Below, piece after piece: positions 27,561-41,829 of a stretch of DNA of 64,000 nucleotides (the stretch's first letter is position 1; the number at the start of each line of letters is the position of its first letter). The translations under genes were made by a program, and so were the position numbers. The DNA comes from the human T2T-CHM13v2.0 reference genome, Homo sapiens. The notes below the pieces were generated by a model. That model ran no database searches. It was given only the letters and a program-made list of their open reading frames with translations, and was not told where the DNA came from. The stretch is from NCBI RefSeq assembly GCF_009914755.1, contig NC_060929.1. The stretch is one strand, 5' to 3'.

Positions 27561-27754
27561 AGTTAGCAGTGAAGGAAAGAGCACGATAGAGCTTACGGCT
27601 TGAAAAAGTGCCAGAATCAAGAAAATGCTCTGTCTCTGGGAAGTTCTGCTTTCTGTTCCCTGATCAGGGACCAGAGAGGGGCAAAATCTTCCTTTGATCC
27701 TAACTCCCTATTTTTTATTTTTCCTCTCTCTTGATCCCCTTGTCTACTTTTCAG

Positions 27755-27795
27755 ATTTAGCCTCACCTTGTAAGTGCTTCCTTTCTGAGGTGTAG
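27755..27795 (+). other. Candidate small non-coding exon
   Basis: CCTAAC branch-like motif 27699-27704, AG-free pyrimidine tract, CAG at 27752-27754, donors GTAAGT (27770) and GTAAGA (27796); motif evidence only. Confidence 0.3.
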
Positions 27796-30017
27796 GTAAG
27801 AAAGATTGAGATTCCATCCGCACGAGACAAACCCAGCAGTTCGGAGCAGTCAAGACAGGTTTGACGGTTTACGGGTTGAGGGGAGATAGATGTGCCAGCT
27901 ACTGAGGAAACTATGTTTTCCCATTATACCAAAATAGGAACATCCCTCTTAAATTCAAAAGAGCCACTAAACTTCACAGAACTCTTCACCCAAACATTCA
28001 GCAAGCCTAAAGCACTTCCATTTTTCTTAATTTGACTTATTTTTACCTCTATATGTCTTTCTTTATTTCCAAGTGATTTTCTTGGCTTCTATCTTCCTGT
28101 TGGGTATTTCCCAAATGTTTTGAAAATTCCAACTGACATTGTAAACTTTTTTACTGAGTTGAAAAACTTTATTATGGGGCCTTCTCTCCCTAACCCCCAT
28201 TTTCAAATGTAAACCAAGTTGGTTTAATTCTAGAGGCCATATGTAATATTTATGAAACCATAAGAATTGTCTAGGAGGGGAAGGGTATAATTTAAATACT
28301 AGTTTAGACCATATTCAGCCTTATATAAGTCTTATGAAATACATAGTTAATCTAATTTATAAGCTACAGTTTACGAAAATACACAGCACATTTGGTGCTT
28401 ATTTCAAAATGGCTCTTTTTTAAAAAAAAAAAAGTATTGTCAGTTACTAAAGTGAAACTATTCTTTTTTTCAGTGTCACTGCCCCATTTTATATTTTTTT
28501 AAAATCACTTGCTTTTATATTAATGTAAATCAACCAATGCCTGTCTCGGGAAAGATTCCATATGGTTCAGTCCAAAACCACTCTCTGCCAAACACATGGA
28601 GGTGTCTCACCCACTGGAGAAACTGACAAATGTAAACTCATGAAAATAGAAGGGCCTTTGTTCTCTTGTTCCTCGTGGGCTGCCTTTCAACCTGCCCATG
28701 GCCCCACGGCAGGCGCTTATCCAAGGCAGGAAGTATTCTGTCTGAGTATCTTTGAGCTTTGCTCTTGTTCCAATTCCAGAAAACCACAGATTCGTTTATT
28801 TGCAATATTTCCAAAAATTTAAATGGCCTAAGGAAATGAGTTAGATGGAGCAGTTAGTAATTTGTCCCTTTAAATTCCCAGTGTTTGTTTCCTGAAGATT
28901 TAACAATTTCAGTGTGCCTTTCTAGAGAATTAGTAAGCCAAAATAAACATCAAAATTCTTAAGCTGTGATTTCTGATTTCTTGTTGAATAGCACCACCTC
29001 ATGGTTATTCTCCTTTCTTAATTATTACAAGAGATGGCTGGCAATATTTGATTTCCCATTCTTACATGTTTTACTTTATAGCCATGACTAAAACTAAAAT
29101 ATGTTCAAATATAGTTTAAATAAACTCGTTTTTCTGGTGCAGCTATTTCTATTTACCCACCACCTCATCATTTGCCCCTGAAGTTTCATTTTCCTACTCC
29201 TTTGAACACCTAGCACATCATTTTCTGTATAATGAATGCTGTATGGATGTGTGTTAAATGAATCAGTCTTTGTCAGTCTCACTATTTCTACTACCATCTA
29301 TATAATGATGGGTTTTAATTTAGTTTTCTTCTTAATCCATTCTAAAATTCAGTATCACTCATGCAAATATATGTAACTGAATGTCAAATAATTTCTTAAA
29401 ACATAATACATAAACAAAATTTCTCATCTTTTCTTTTTATAAAAGTCTGTAGCATTATTACTTTTGAAATCCTATTTAGAATCTTACAGACAACCTGATT
29501 CTTTGTCTTTCCTTATTTCAAATTATAATATTGTCCTTTCTATACCATATCTTTCCTTTCTTTTTCCTCCTCAGCTAAATCTTTGGTTCAATTTTTGTCA
29601 AAGTTATGCTGAAGTTACAGCTATTTTACCAGCCACCTCTTTTTAAGCAGATCCTTCTCAGCTTTATTTCAAAACTCATGCTTTTCTGCTGAATTCAAAA
29701 ATTAAAATTAAAGAATACTATAAAAGTTCCATTTGAAACCATTGGCATCATTATTCTTTCCATTAAAGCACTCCCCCAAATAAAGATAAATATTTAGGTA
29801 TAAGGATATTCAATATCACTTATTTATAACACTGTAAGACTGGAAACAAAGTAAATGTCCAACTGACAAGGAGATAAATGCCTCTACTAGCAGAAGTGGA
29901 TAAATTATTGTACATTCATGCAATGGAATGTTAAGCAATCATTAAGAATATTGTGTTTAAGCAAAAATTGGTATTAAATGAAAAGAGCAAAATTTTTAAA
30001 AAAACATCAATACAATC

Positions 30018-30187
30018 TTTTTTTTTTTTTTTTTTTTTTGAGATACGGTCTCAGTGTCACTAGGCTGGTGTGCATGCAGTGATTTGATCATGGCTTATTG
30101 TAGCCTTGATCTCCCAGACTCAAGCAATTCTCCTGCCTTGGCCTCCTAAAGTGCTGGGATTACAAGCATGAGCCACCTCACCCGGCC
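30018..30187 (-). mobile_element. FRAM/AluJ monomer inside a degenerate L1ME fragment (~29760-30260)
   Basis: PolyT followed by a single antisense Alu monomer ending CCCGGCC. Confidence 0.85.
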
Positions 30188-30932
30188 ACAGTCATATTTT
30201 TTAAAAATATATGTGCAAAGGCCAGAAAAAAATATGCAAAATGCACACCAGATTTGTTGTTAATAATAGGTCTTTTTTGTATTTTTCTAACCTCTTCCTA
30301 TATTGTGCTGATTTTATTAGAAAGGATGAATTAATTATACAATAAAATTATAAATGTACTTAATTCTTCTTGCTCTATCCAAATTAGCATTTAATTCTGA
30401 GTTATAACTCATCAGTTCATGTAAATTTTAAAATTTTAATTTTAAATATTTCTTTTCCTTTCTCAAAAGAGACAGCTACTCTAAAGCACCTTAAAATAGG
30501 AGACTCCATCATGTAAGGCACTTAATGAAATATTTAAAATAAAAATGTACATGTGATTAGTTGTCAAGCTCAGGTAAGTTCCCTTAAACAAATTCAACCC
30601 ATAGTCAGAGAGTTTCATATAAGAAAATGAGTTGAAGAATTCTCTCATCTTCATAACTACAAACCACTCTGGTAAATTGTCCACTTGGAATGGAAGTTGA
30701 TCAAAAGCTTATAATGGAAAAATATGGTGGCAAGTGTATCTTACCAATCCTTTTCCAATGGCTGTTTATTTAGATACACAAGGCAGTCTGATCTCAGTGA
30801 ATGGAGGTAATGGTCACAGACCCAGCCGCCTCATGTATTCCATATACAGCTTCTCACTTCAGTGCCTTGCACTGCCACCGACAAAGCTGTGGTGATTACA
30901 ACATCAATAGTGGTGAAGAAAGGGGAAGATGA

Positions 30933-31354
<422 letters not shown>

Positions 31355-33544
31355 TCCATACTTTATTTTCACAGTGACTTTAGGAGGCAGTGCACTATCA
31401 TCATCTCTGTTTACTGATAAGGACACTGAGATTTATGAAGGGTTGCCTACTATCAGTAGGGGGCAGATTTGTTGCTTCAAAACCATGCTCAACCACTCTT
31501 CTGACAGTCGGCCATGGACTATGAAACGTATTTCAGGTATGTCCTTGTGAGAGGGATAAGAATAAAAGAAGGAGTGCAGAGATTTGATTGGATCCATGTA
31601 CAGCAAATAAATTTTACCTTATTATTGGAATCTCAAATGCAGACTCTAGATGTCCTCAGAGAAGAAAGAAAGAAAGAATTTTAGTCATGTGACTAAAATT
31701 GTGCAAGAGAACAACAGGCGTGAAAGTGTAAGCAAATGCCAGAGCCTGGCTCTATTTAGTTTTCACTGACTCTCAAGAATACCTTTTATTACGAGATTTC
31801 TCAAAATGAAACTGTACCAATGTTCACAATTCTAATGCTTCTTCTTCATTTTCTTCCTGTTCTCATTTTGACACCATTGTGTCTTCTGTGGTACTGAGAG
31901 AAGGGAAGGAGTTTTAATTTGCTCCAGAAACAGAGTTCTTGAGTCTTCAATGGAGTAGAGGAAGAGAAACACTAAAGGAGGTCAGGAGAGAGGATAGGAA
32001 CTTTCTCATGTGCCCCGATCAACCAGCCCTACATTCCCCAATATGCCAATGACCATCTCACCTCTCCTGCTGGCATCCAGTTCTCAGTCCAGAAACTCCA
32101 TCTTTCCTACCACTGCAGAGTCCTTGCTCTTGTGGCCAAGTGAGTGGGCAATGAGACTAGAGAGAATTCTTGCTGGACATAGGTGTTTTCTGAGATCCAT
32201 AATGTTGGTGTATTTGATTAGAAATTTTAAGTGTGGTATTTTTGTATATTTGGGGGATATGTTCTCAAAATAATCTCTGTGTCTCTTTGGCCAGGAAGCA
32301 TAACCACAGTGAAGGTAATAATAACACACCATGCGAAGGGATTGGTTTACTTTATTGAAAAAAAGGCCAATTTAAATCCAACTCTAAGTTTTAGTGCACA
32401 ATAATCTATTTCTTAAACTTGAAGGAATTTCCACATGGTAATTTTAAAATGGAAAGAAAGAGTAAAAATGACTGTTTATATAACCAAATCTATAAACTAT
32501 TCTACAAAACCAGTGTATCAAACAGATTTAAAATTAAAAGCTGCAGGAGGCTGTAAATTAGCCACAATGCTAGCATGTTCTGCCACCCAGATAAACAAAC
32601 TTTCAAAAAAAGAAGACTTCACAAAACTCAACTCTATAAATTTAATAGAATTACAAAAAAAAAAACCAATAATTCTTAGAAATAGCAGCTCACCATACCC
32701 TTCTACAACTTCATAGAAAGATTTATTTTGATAATTTGAAGCTGTTTACATTTCAAAATAAAGTGTTTTATCATTCTGACCTTTAAAATGTAAAACTTGA
32801 CATAAAATTCTATTCTTATTGGTTATCTTTTTACTTAGAAATCTTAGATTAAAATGAAATTATAGTTACATGTTCACGTGTGTCTTTTTCCTCATTAGGC
32901 TGTAAGAAATTTGAGGAGAAAAAAATCATTATTTATTTATGTTTGCATGTTTCTAGGAACATTAATACAGTAATTTACACATTGTAACTGTTAAAATGTC
33001 TTATAAAATACTTATTTTTTCAGTAAATTTAAGACTACTTCAATGAAAATCAAAATATATGGAAGAATTCAAATGTAAAGAATTATTCTGAAATCTTTTG
33101 AAACATATAGTCTGTGTTACAAAAGGAGATTGAATTTCATGAAAAAGTATTTATAGGTTAATTGGCAATATTCAAATGTCAGGTGATAGTGTTGGTGAGT
33201 ATATAAGTAGCAATCCCACACAATTTATGTGTGGATAGGTAACTAAGTACTTAACTGTTCAAGAATAAGCAAAACCCCTCTCTAACCTTCAATACAGACT
33301 AATGGAGTTGGCGATAATTTTAAGAATAAGCAGACTTCTTGACTTGCAGGGAAAGAGAAAATTTTTAGTTTGAATCATGAAACAGATTGCTGAATTAGCC
33401 CAGTTTATGCATTTTGGAGAATAGGGATTAGAAGAAAATTGGAACAAAAAAGAGAATAGATTCCTTTAGATGACAAGGAGAAGGAGCATAACAGGTAAAG
33501 ATTCCACTCAAACAGCTGCTCAGGCATCTAGACCCAAAGTCACA

Positions 33545-33720
33545 AAATACGTATCACTATAAGCCTGACACTATACAGTTTTTTAATGAAGTTACATATT
33601 TAATCCTCAAAGTCTCATGAATTAGACTTTATTAATCTGTCCCTTTTACAGATGATGGAGTTGAATCTTAGGTTAAATAACTTGCCCAAGCTCATGAATC
33701 TGAAACAAAATACACATCCA
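33545..33720 (-). mobile_element. MIR
   Basis: CTTTTACAGATGATGGAGTTGAATCTTAGGTTAAATAACTTGCCCAAG. Confidence 0.75.
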
Positions 33721-34269
33721 TATAAAATCTATTCTCTCTTGATTCATTACCACCAAGAGAAAAGTTACAATGAAGAGGATGTTTCAGAGTAGGATAATTA
33801 CTGTGTTCCTAAGAGGTAGCCCCAGCAATCCTCAGTTTTTATTATAGAAACAAACATGGGGAACCTGTACATCTACCACCCAGTTTATAACTGTAGTGAC
33901 ATTAGAAATGGATACCATCATTCATGTTTGAATATTTGTCAGATGTGAAATTCAATACCAGTACTTAAAATTTGCAGATTTATAGTTATTCTCAATAGCT
34001 TTTTGTCCTTTTTAAATTTCAATTTTATTTTAGTGATATTTTTTCATAACTTCATTAGCACAATTTACCCTCCAAAGTACAGACAAAGAACTCTAAGTTT
34101 TAAGACCCAAAGTGACCAAAGTGAATGAATCAATAAAAACATTAACTTGGATACTATTGGCAGTGGATAAGAACAGTTTAGAATTTGGAAGACAAGGTCT
34201 TTATATTGGGAAAGACAAGCCCTCAGTAATGGAAGACAGAGAAAAGAAGAGAATTAATTTATAGTCACT

Positions 34270-34840
34270 TAGTAATTCATTTTATATATATTAATTTCCA
34301 TTATGTGCCAGGAACTATGCTAAGAATCATTCATACAAATATGAAAAAGACAAGACTTCTGCCCTTACATAGCTCCTGATCTAGAGGAGGAAACCAGGTT
34401 TTCTTATAATTCGGTGGAGTTGTGGGGCTCAGAGGAGGGAGAACCAAATCAGCAACTGGTGAGGTTTGGGTTAAGGGTGTCAAGACTGGCTGCCCAGAAC
34501 AGCAGATTCTAAACTTCAGTATTTAAAAATGAGTAGGAATTGTTATACCAAGTAATAACAGTAAGATCATAAATAATAATGAAATTATGCCAAAAATGAG
34601 AAAATGTCATTGACTCAAAAACAAAAAAGGCATTCCTAATTGCTAGAGGTAAAAGTGTGATTGGGAAATTAGAGAAAAGGCAAAAACTACAGAGTCAGAA
34701 AGGGACAGATCATAACTGTCCTAATATCCTTCATCAGTGATTTTGGAACTTTATACTTAAGGAGATAGGGCGATAGTAAAGAATTTTAGTGAAGCTTATG
34801 ATCATATCATATTTTAGAAATGTCACTCTAAAATAATATT
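34270..34840 (-). mobile_element. L2 3' fragment
   Basis: CATTATGTGCCAGGAACTATGCTAAG...CTGCCCTTACATAGCTCCTGATCTAGAGGAGG. Confidence 0.7.
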
Positions 34841-36109
34841 TTCATGAGTTTATAAAACAACAAGGAGAATGCTTTGACATCATGTTAAGTAAAATGGTAA
34901 AGTAAAATGTGCATATATAAATTATAAATATGATGTTTTCCATATTGTCAAAAACAAAAGTCAAAAAAGATTGAACAAAAAGAAAATACATCAAAATAAT
35001 GAGTGATTTTAGGTGGTAGGATTATGGTTAAATTAATTCAATAAACACATATTATGTATATTTAAATTTCATTTCTAAAAGATTTAAAGCTTCACTGCTC
35101 TCTTTGTAAAGAGCTGAAAACTAGTGTTATGTCTCTTTTATTTTATTGTAAATATGTGTTAAAATTTAATTGCTACTCTAGAATAATGTATCTTAAAAAG
35201 TAGTCCTTATTCACTACAAATTCACAGTGAATTTAGTGTTGTGTTTGAAACTTGAAGTTCCTATTCCCAATGTTGTTTTCCTTCAAAAGACACAGGAATT
35301 GGACTAGCATCATTATTTCTGGAGAAAGACAAGTATGGTTTATAGAACTAAAAGGCCATGCTCAAGCTAACGTAGGTTTATTTCCAGATGTCTGTTCTCT
35401 AACAAATTGCTTAATATTCCTGGAAACGGGTGATCATAATGATGGCCCACAGATGTGTGGAGGTTGTACTGGGTGTGGTAACAGAAACAGGATGTGTGGC
35501 CAAACTTTAGCTCAATTAATTGTAGTTAATTATATACCATTAACACTCACATCTGAAAAATGGTTGAAAGCACAGATGTCATTCTTACATACTTGGAGAA
35601 TTTTTCCCCCAGGTTCATCATCCTCTAAATGTGGTTTAGACTATTTTTCCCCAAGGATGTTTTCTAGTATGTCAAGATTTAAGTGTCTCTGCTTCTTTTC
35701 TGCCCATTTATGTGAGCTTGTAAGATCTTTCAGTGGCGATTCCACCATACTTCCATTTCCTTGCCTGAAACCGGTGACTCACCTGAAATTTTGCAAATTG
35801 TATCCCAAACATAATATCCATAAATATCCATGGCAATTTATGGATATAAGGAAGTTAGGAAATTCCTTGACTATATGGCTGTTTGTTCTATGTCCACATA
35901 TGCATACTACACCGGAGCTAGTCTTGACAAATTTCTAGAGTGGTCACAATTCTGATGTTTAATTTTTAAGCATTCATGACAAAGAAGAAAGAAAAAAATA
36001 TTTGTTTATTTGAATCATTCTTCTGTCCCATACTTACCTATGATGTCTGGTCTCATTCAGAATTAAAGGCAAAGCACATGTATCTACAAGGCAGTGTAGT
36101 CTCATGCTC

Positions 36110-36590
36110 CATACCCTCACCGGCTTCAGTTTCTATGGCTCTCCCTCTTAGCTTGGTTCCAGATACACTGACCATCTTGTTATCTCTTGTACGTGTCAGG
36201 GCTTTGCAGTTGCTATTTCCTTCTTTCTGCAGCACTCTTCCCTAGATCCCTACATGGCTCACTCCCTTGTCTCCTTTAAGTCTATGGTTAAATGTTAACT
36301 TATAAGTGAGTTCCTCCCTGCCTATCTAATTTAAAATAGTAACTATCCCCACCAATTCTCCCAAGTATCCCCCTTCTCATGTTCACTTTTCTTACTGAAC
36401 TTGTAACATCTGACATACTACATATTTTATGTGTTTGTTTATTTTCTTTCTTATTTAACTAGAATATAAACTCCATAAGAGCAGGGATTTGTGTGGGTTT
36501 TTCTCATTGCTATATAGCCAGCATCTAGAACTATGTCATCACATACTATATGCTCAATAAATTGTTATGGCAAAAATACATTAATCAATT
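36110..36590 (+). mobile_element. L2a 3' end
   Basis: CAGGGCTTTGCAGTTGCTATTTCC...ACTAGAATATAAACTCCATAAGAGCAGGGA...TGCTCAATAAAT. Confidence 0.85.
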
Positions 36591-38290
36591 TAAGTTAGGG
36601 ATGTTATTTCAAAAAGCAGTACTTGTTAAACCAGAATAAACTGGGTTTAATTGGAAAAAATAAATAGTACATTTATTTATAGTAAAAATGTTATTTGTGA
36701 TATCTCAGAGTAAACAGGGTCTCTCAATTATGAGAATAATTCATAAGGAAGAAGAAAGGTAGAATTGGAAACCAATAGAAAACACTTCAATGTAACAAAA
36801 CTAGTTAGTATAGGAAGTACCAGCTCAAACCTGGGCAGTAGAAGTTGTTGTCAGCAAAATTTGGTTTCAGGATTTTATTATTCAAGGCTTCAGGGAGTAG
36901 GAGCAGGCAGTATTTTTCCTTCTAGTTAGAGGACTGTAGGCCAGTGACCATAAATATCACCATTCTACTACCAATTTGGAACAGATAAACATAAATAGGA
37001 TATATTTGACCCAGTTTGTCAAAAACTGCATTCTGTCTATATGAAGCAAATTAAAGAAAGGCATATGATTGCGGAGATCAATGCTATCTGAAACTAAGCA
37101 ATTCTAACTATTGTCTAAGAATTGGAGTGCAATGCTATCATAGAGGCATTGCAAAGCTCAGGATGGTAGTTATTTCCAGGGTCATGACCCATGATTCCAT
37201 GAAATGGAAATGCCACCCCTTAGCTAGGATTGTGAGAATGGGAACTTTTAAAGCACTAAGCACACCAAAAAGCCATCCTCAATGATATGGAAAGTAAGGC
37301 TTTTCTGGAAATGTTCTGGCGACAAGTGAGATTGCAGAAAATTTCAAGAGGAATGGGGCTTTCTAGATCCTATGAGCAAATATGCTTGGTTGACTATAGA
37401 GTTCTCTTTCCTTTTATAGAGGGGCTAGGGAAACAGGCAAATTTCTAGGTGGAGTATCATGCCAAGCACAGGCAGTACATGACTTTAAAGGGGAGTTGAT
37501 ACAGGGTCAACTTACTGTTCTCTGGATCCCATCGTAGGGAACAGGAATGGGAAGAAATATTATTTTAATGGAAACAGGAGCATACCATTCTCAAAGAGAC
37601 AAAACCTTGGCAATGAGCACTGTCTTTCAAGACTATAAATCAGAGACTGAAGCCTCAGGATAGAGAATAATGTTGATACTCTCACCACACCCATTTCCTC
37701 ATGCTTCAGAGACAGCTGTTCATTCTCATTCCCCAATTACGCAAATTTTTAAGTGATTTCTTCCAGTTTTGGAGAGCTCCGCCTGAAACAGTTTCTCATA
37801 CTAGATTTGCATGTCATAGGGATTGAGTAGCCTGAAAGAGTGTCCATAAGATATTAGATGATATGTTTTTATCTTTTCCAGAACATGACCTGTGGAAAGA
37901 GTTTATGGGCAACTTTCTTTTCCAGCTACAGAAAATATTTTGCTGAAGGAAAGGTGTAACCTAATGAAAATATTGATTTTGAAAATATAATATGGTTTGC
38001 AACTACTTAAGTCATCCTTGGTATAAGCATTTACCGAGATAAATGGTCCTTTGTTTCTAGGAAATTATCTTGATGGGCCACAAGAGACTTTTTTATTTTA
38101 CAAGATAATGGGGGCTCCCATGATAATCTAGATAGATAAATCCTAGTGTGGGAAATTGACTGAAATCTCTCTTGCGAAATAGAGTAACAGGAATTTTTTA
38201 ATTATTTACTAATAACTACAAAATGTTAGTTGGCAAATGGGGTGAGAACCCTGGAAAAAGAAAGGGAATCAATCTTCACAGACAGTTGGA

Positions 38291-38469
38291 CAGACCTTTG
38301 CTTTCCAACATGATAGCCACTAGTCACGTGACTAAATTTACATTCAAATAAAATTTAAAATTTAGTTCCTCAGCCTCGCTAACCACATATGAAGTGCTCA
38401 ATAGCCACATGTGTCCAGTGGCTACTGTATTGAACAGTGCGGAAAGTTTTGTTAAACAACTCTGGTCTA
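38291..38469. mobile_element. MER3-like hAT-Charlie MITE
   Basis: TAGCCACTAGTCACGTGAC...AAGTGCTCAATAGCCACATGTGTCCAGTGGCTAC. Confidence 0.85.
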
Positions 38470-39353
38470 GAGAGATATGACTCTCAGGAACATGGTTTTA
38501 GGAAGGGCAGATAATTGTTTTCTCGCTGTAAGGAAGTTCTATTTTTTGTGAGTTGTCAACAGAAATATGTTTTGCCCAGAATTTCAGTCATTAATATTAA
38601 TGGTACTTTGGAGAATGGAGAAAGAGAAGCAAAGTTCCAAAGTTGGGGGGACTAGCCACAAAGTAAACAGAAGCCTGATGTTCAGCAGGAGACATGACAA
38701 TGAGTGCTGGAGATGACAGTAAAGAAGCAAACTTCAAGCAACCTCGATTTTTTTTCAAATGTTTTAGGGAAAGTTAGCCCTCAAAAGAATGAAGTGGATT
38801 GAAGCTAGGTAGTGCTATTTTATAAAAAGAAATTTGAGCCATTTTATTTAAATGTTAGAATAAATGGTAGCTCCAAAAACTGGAGGACTTGTTGATTTCC
38901 AAGAGGCAGACATTTTGCTTACCCTCATATAAGTATCAAATACTTTTTGAAGTAAGGACGTGGACTGTTGACTTCCTGGTTGTAGCCCCAGAGATGTAAG
39001 TGCTTTACTGCAGGGAAGTAAACCAAGGGTGTTTACTTCAGTTCATTATAGATGAGAGGATTTTTTTTCTAAGACTAACGTTTAGCCTTTCCTAAGATAA
39101 TTTCACATCAAAGATATACATAGCAGAAGACTGACCTGGCTTGGACTGCCCCTCTCAGGCTTATCAAAACTCTCCACAAAAGATGGAAAGTTGTACCTAT
39201 AATATCTGGGTGGACTTTTCACTGAATCTACTATTATTTTTCCAAATGAAAAAACCATAATTACCCTATATTGCCTCCCTGTTTAGAGAAAGAAAAAATT
39301 GAAAGGGACTTATTTATTTCTAGCAAGAATGACCCAAATTCTTGTTTTCCAGA

Positions 39354-40991
39354 ACTGTATGGTTTGAGAAACAATATTATACTTATATTGGAGTGTACCC
39401 TCCATTTCATTCACTAAATAGCAGATTTCTTGAAGAGAAACAACTGCTATCCTTCACAATGCCTAGAAAAGAGCATTTGATAATGAATATTTACTAATTA
39501 CATCCCAAGTTAGTGCAAAGATCAAGAGCTACACTCTGTATATATTGAGTCCTTGAAATATTGCTAATCCAAATCTTCATGTGTTTTAAGGATAAGATAT
39601 ACACCAGATTTTGAATCAAATATCTCAATAATTTTTATATTGGTTACATGAAATAATAATTTTGATGTTGTTTTAAAAGGTATATTAAAATTAATTTCCC
39701 ACTTCTTTTTATGCTTTCTAATAAGGTACTAGAACACTTATTAATTCTATATGTGGATTACTTTATATATCTCTTGACCAGTGCTGATTTAGAAAAGTCA
39801 TGCAAGGGAAAGAGCCTTGAAAGTAAACGCGAAGTTAAATAATAAAACAGACACAGAGCAGAAATGTAACACAAATAGAGAGAAACTGTTTTGGGGCATC
39901 AATGGAAAGGCATTGAAAGTACACAAAAAAAGTCTTCATTATTACAATTGTTTAAAACCCTGCATCCGAAATCTGAACTTTAATTTACTACATGCAGAAT
40001 GAAATAAGACAAAAGTAAGTAGATGCTTGAGAAAGAAAACTACATGTATCTGGAACTAGTCATAACAGATATATTTATCTCAGCCACTCCAGGTTAATAG
40101 TTTCACCAAATAATAAAGAAGAATAGGAAGTTAAAGAGTCTGAAATCCATTTATATTACTTTCAGTTTATTCTGTAATAGGAAATTTCGTAACAAAGCTT
40201 CAGTCAACCAACTCTCTAGATTAGACTACACTCTCACTTCCTTTATAAAGCACAATGACTAATGCCCAAAGTATGCTGAATGCTTCAGCAGCAAAGACCA
40301 GATTAAGCCTATTGCCACCCCACCCATGACTCCTCTCTCAGATGGTCCCAAATTTACCACCCTTATGTTGAAGCAAGAAGGACAGACAGAGCACAGAGGC
40401 CAGTTAATAAAAATTTCGACTTTCCAAGCTTATGAGTCATGTCTAGATCTTCGGCAGTGGTTACCACTACATGGCAATAACCAGAAGCAAATAGATCAGA
40501 GCTAGAGTTTTTAGGAAATCGAGCGATGGCAAAATGACCTTGGAGTCTTTTTAGCCATGAAATTCCCATGACTTTTTGAACCTTAGAGCAATCCCTGAAA
40601 CCCCAAATCCCTCGCACCAGCAACAAGGAGACCACAAAGTCTGTGTGACAACAAACAAAAAGCACACGATTCGTCACCCACTTCCTAAAAAAATAATTAA
40701 CAAGACATAAGGCTCAGGGCCATGGAGAACCATAAACAGGGCTATTCTCCCAGGGAACAAAACCTGAACGTCCAGCTAGACTGACCAAGATATTTACTCA
40801 ATTGCCCTGAGAGTTTGCCTTCTCAATTTCCATGTGTTTTCCACTTTTCCCTGTTCTGTATGGAAATTTCTATTATACTGTATAGTTTGAGAAACAATAT
40901 TATAATGACAGCGTGTACCCCTTATTTCATTCACTGAATAGCAGATTTCTTGAAGAGAAACAATTTCTATCCTTCACAATGCCTAGAAAAG
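39354..40991 (+). repeat. ~115-bp dispersed direct repeat (39354-39471 and 40877-40991)
   Basis: Shared TTTGAGAAACAATATTATA and a 68-bp block with 3 mismatches ending CACAATGCCTAGAAAAG. Confidence 0.93.
39545..39787. mobile_element. MER33-like hAT-Charlie MITE
   Basis: GAGTCCTTGAAATATTGCTAATCC...TACACCAGATTTTGAA...TTGACCAGTGCTG. Confidence 0.75.
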
Positions 40992-41829
40992 TGGACCTAC
41001 TCTAATTCACCATTGTATAATACATGCAAGGGAAGAAGTATAACTGGCCTTTTAGTTTATAGGTCAGCAGAACACAATGAATCGTCACCTTTAGACTAGT
41101 TGAAAAGGACTGAACATCACTCAGAGACCTTGGACTTGAATGAAGGAACTGGATGGGATTTGGTGGATGTCTTCATTAGGGATAGAGTGTTTTATGTATA
41201 GAAAAGGGAATTTATGTGCAGGAATAAGTAGATATTTGGATGAACAAAAACAGACACATGCTTAATATTTGCAGGGCCTGAGGCAAGAATACAAACAGAG
41301 GCATAATATCAAGATTTTCTTTAAAAGCTATTAAATGGAAAATGTTTGTCATAGATGGTTTCTCAAATGGCCATCCCTCCCATCTTGCATGGCTTTTTGC
41401 AATGTAACTTTGCCACTCCTCCCATTAAGTGGTTAAACTTATTTGCCCTCTTTTTTATCTGGGCTGATTCTATGACTTACTTTGGGCAATAGAATATGGT
41501 AGAAGTGTGATTTCTGTGACTAGGCTTTAAGAAGTCCTGCAACTTCCTATTTTTACCCATAATGGAAGCCCACTGCCATGCAAAAAAACCCATAGTGAAC
41601 TCTTTGATGATAAGAAAACACATGGAAAGAGAGGCAATGTAGAGATGACCACAGACACCATAATTGGCAGACAGCATCAAAGTTCCAAACACATGAATGA
41701 AGCCTCCTTCCATCCTCCAGCCTCAGCCTACAACTTAAGGAACAGTTTCCACAGGGACAATAAAATGATTGATGTCTTAAACCACAAAGTTTTGGTGTAG
41801 TTTGCTATATAGCCACAGATAAATGATAC
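40710..41829 (+). mobile_element. MLT1 internal 3' end (~40710-41240) plus MLT1H-like LTR (41347-41829)
   Basis: CACCATTGTATA...ATAACTGGCCTTTTAGTTTATAGGTC internal motif; LTR ends AAGTTTTGGTGTAGTTTGCTATATAGCCACAGATAAATGATAC. Confidence 0.8.

Noticed and set aside
30470-30579. Possible + strand exon ending CAG|GTAAGT near 30573
   Set aside because: Weak acceptor, AT-rich body, no independent support
36800-38800. Possible very ancient CR1/L3-like or coding remnant (e.g. GTLE, KEANFKQ peptides; possible acceptor near 37881)
   Set aside because: Similarity too weak to support by eye; needs nhmmer against Dfam and a conservation check
36627-39040. Small hairpins (TTAAACCAG-AATAAA-CTGGGTTTAA near 36627; GAAGTAAAC/GTTTACTTC near 39014)
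   Set aside because: 9-bp arms are expected by chance in 64 kb of AT-rich DNA
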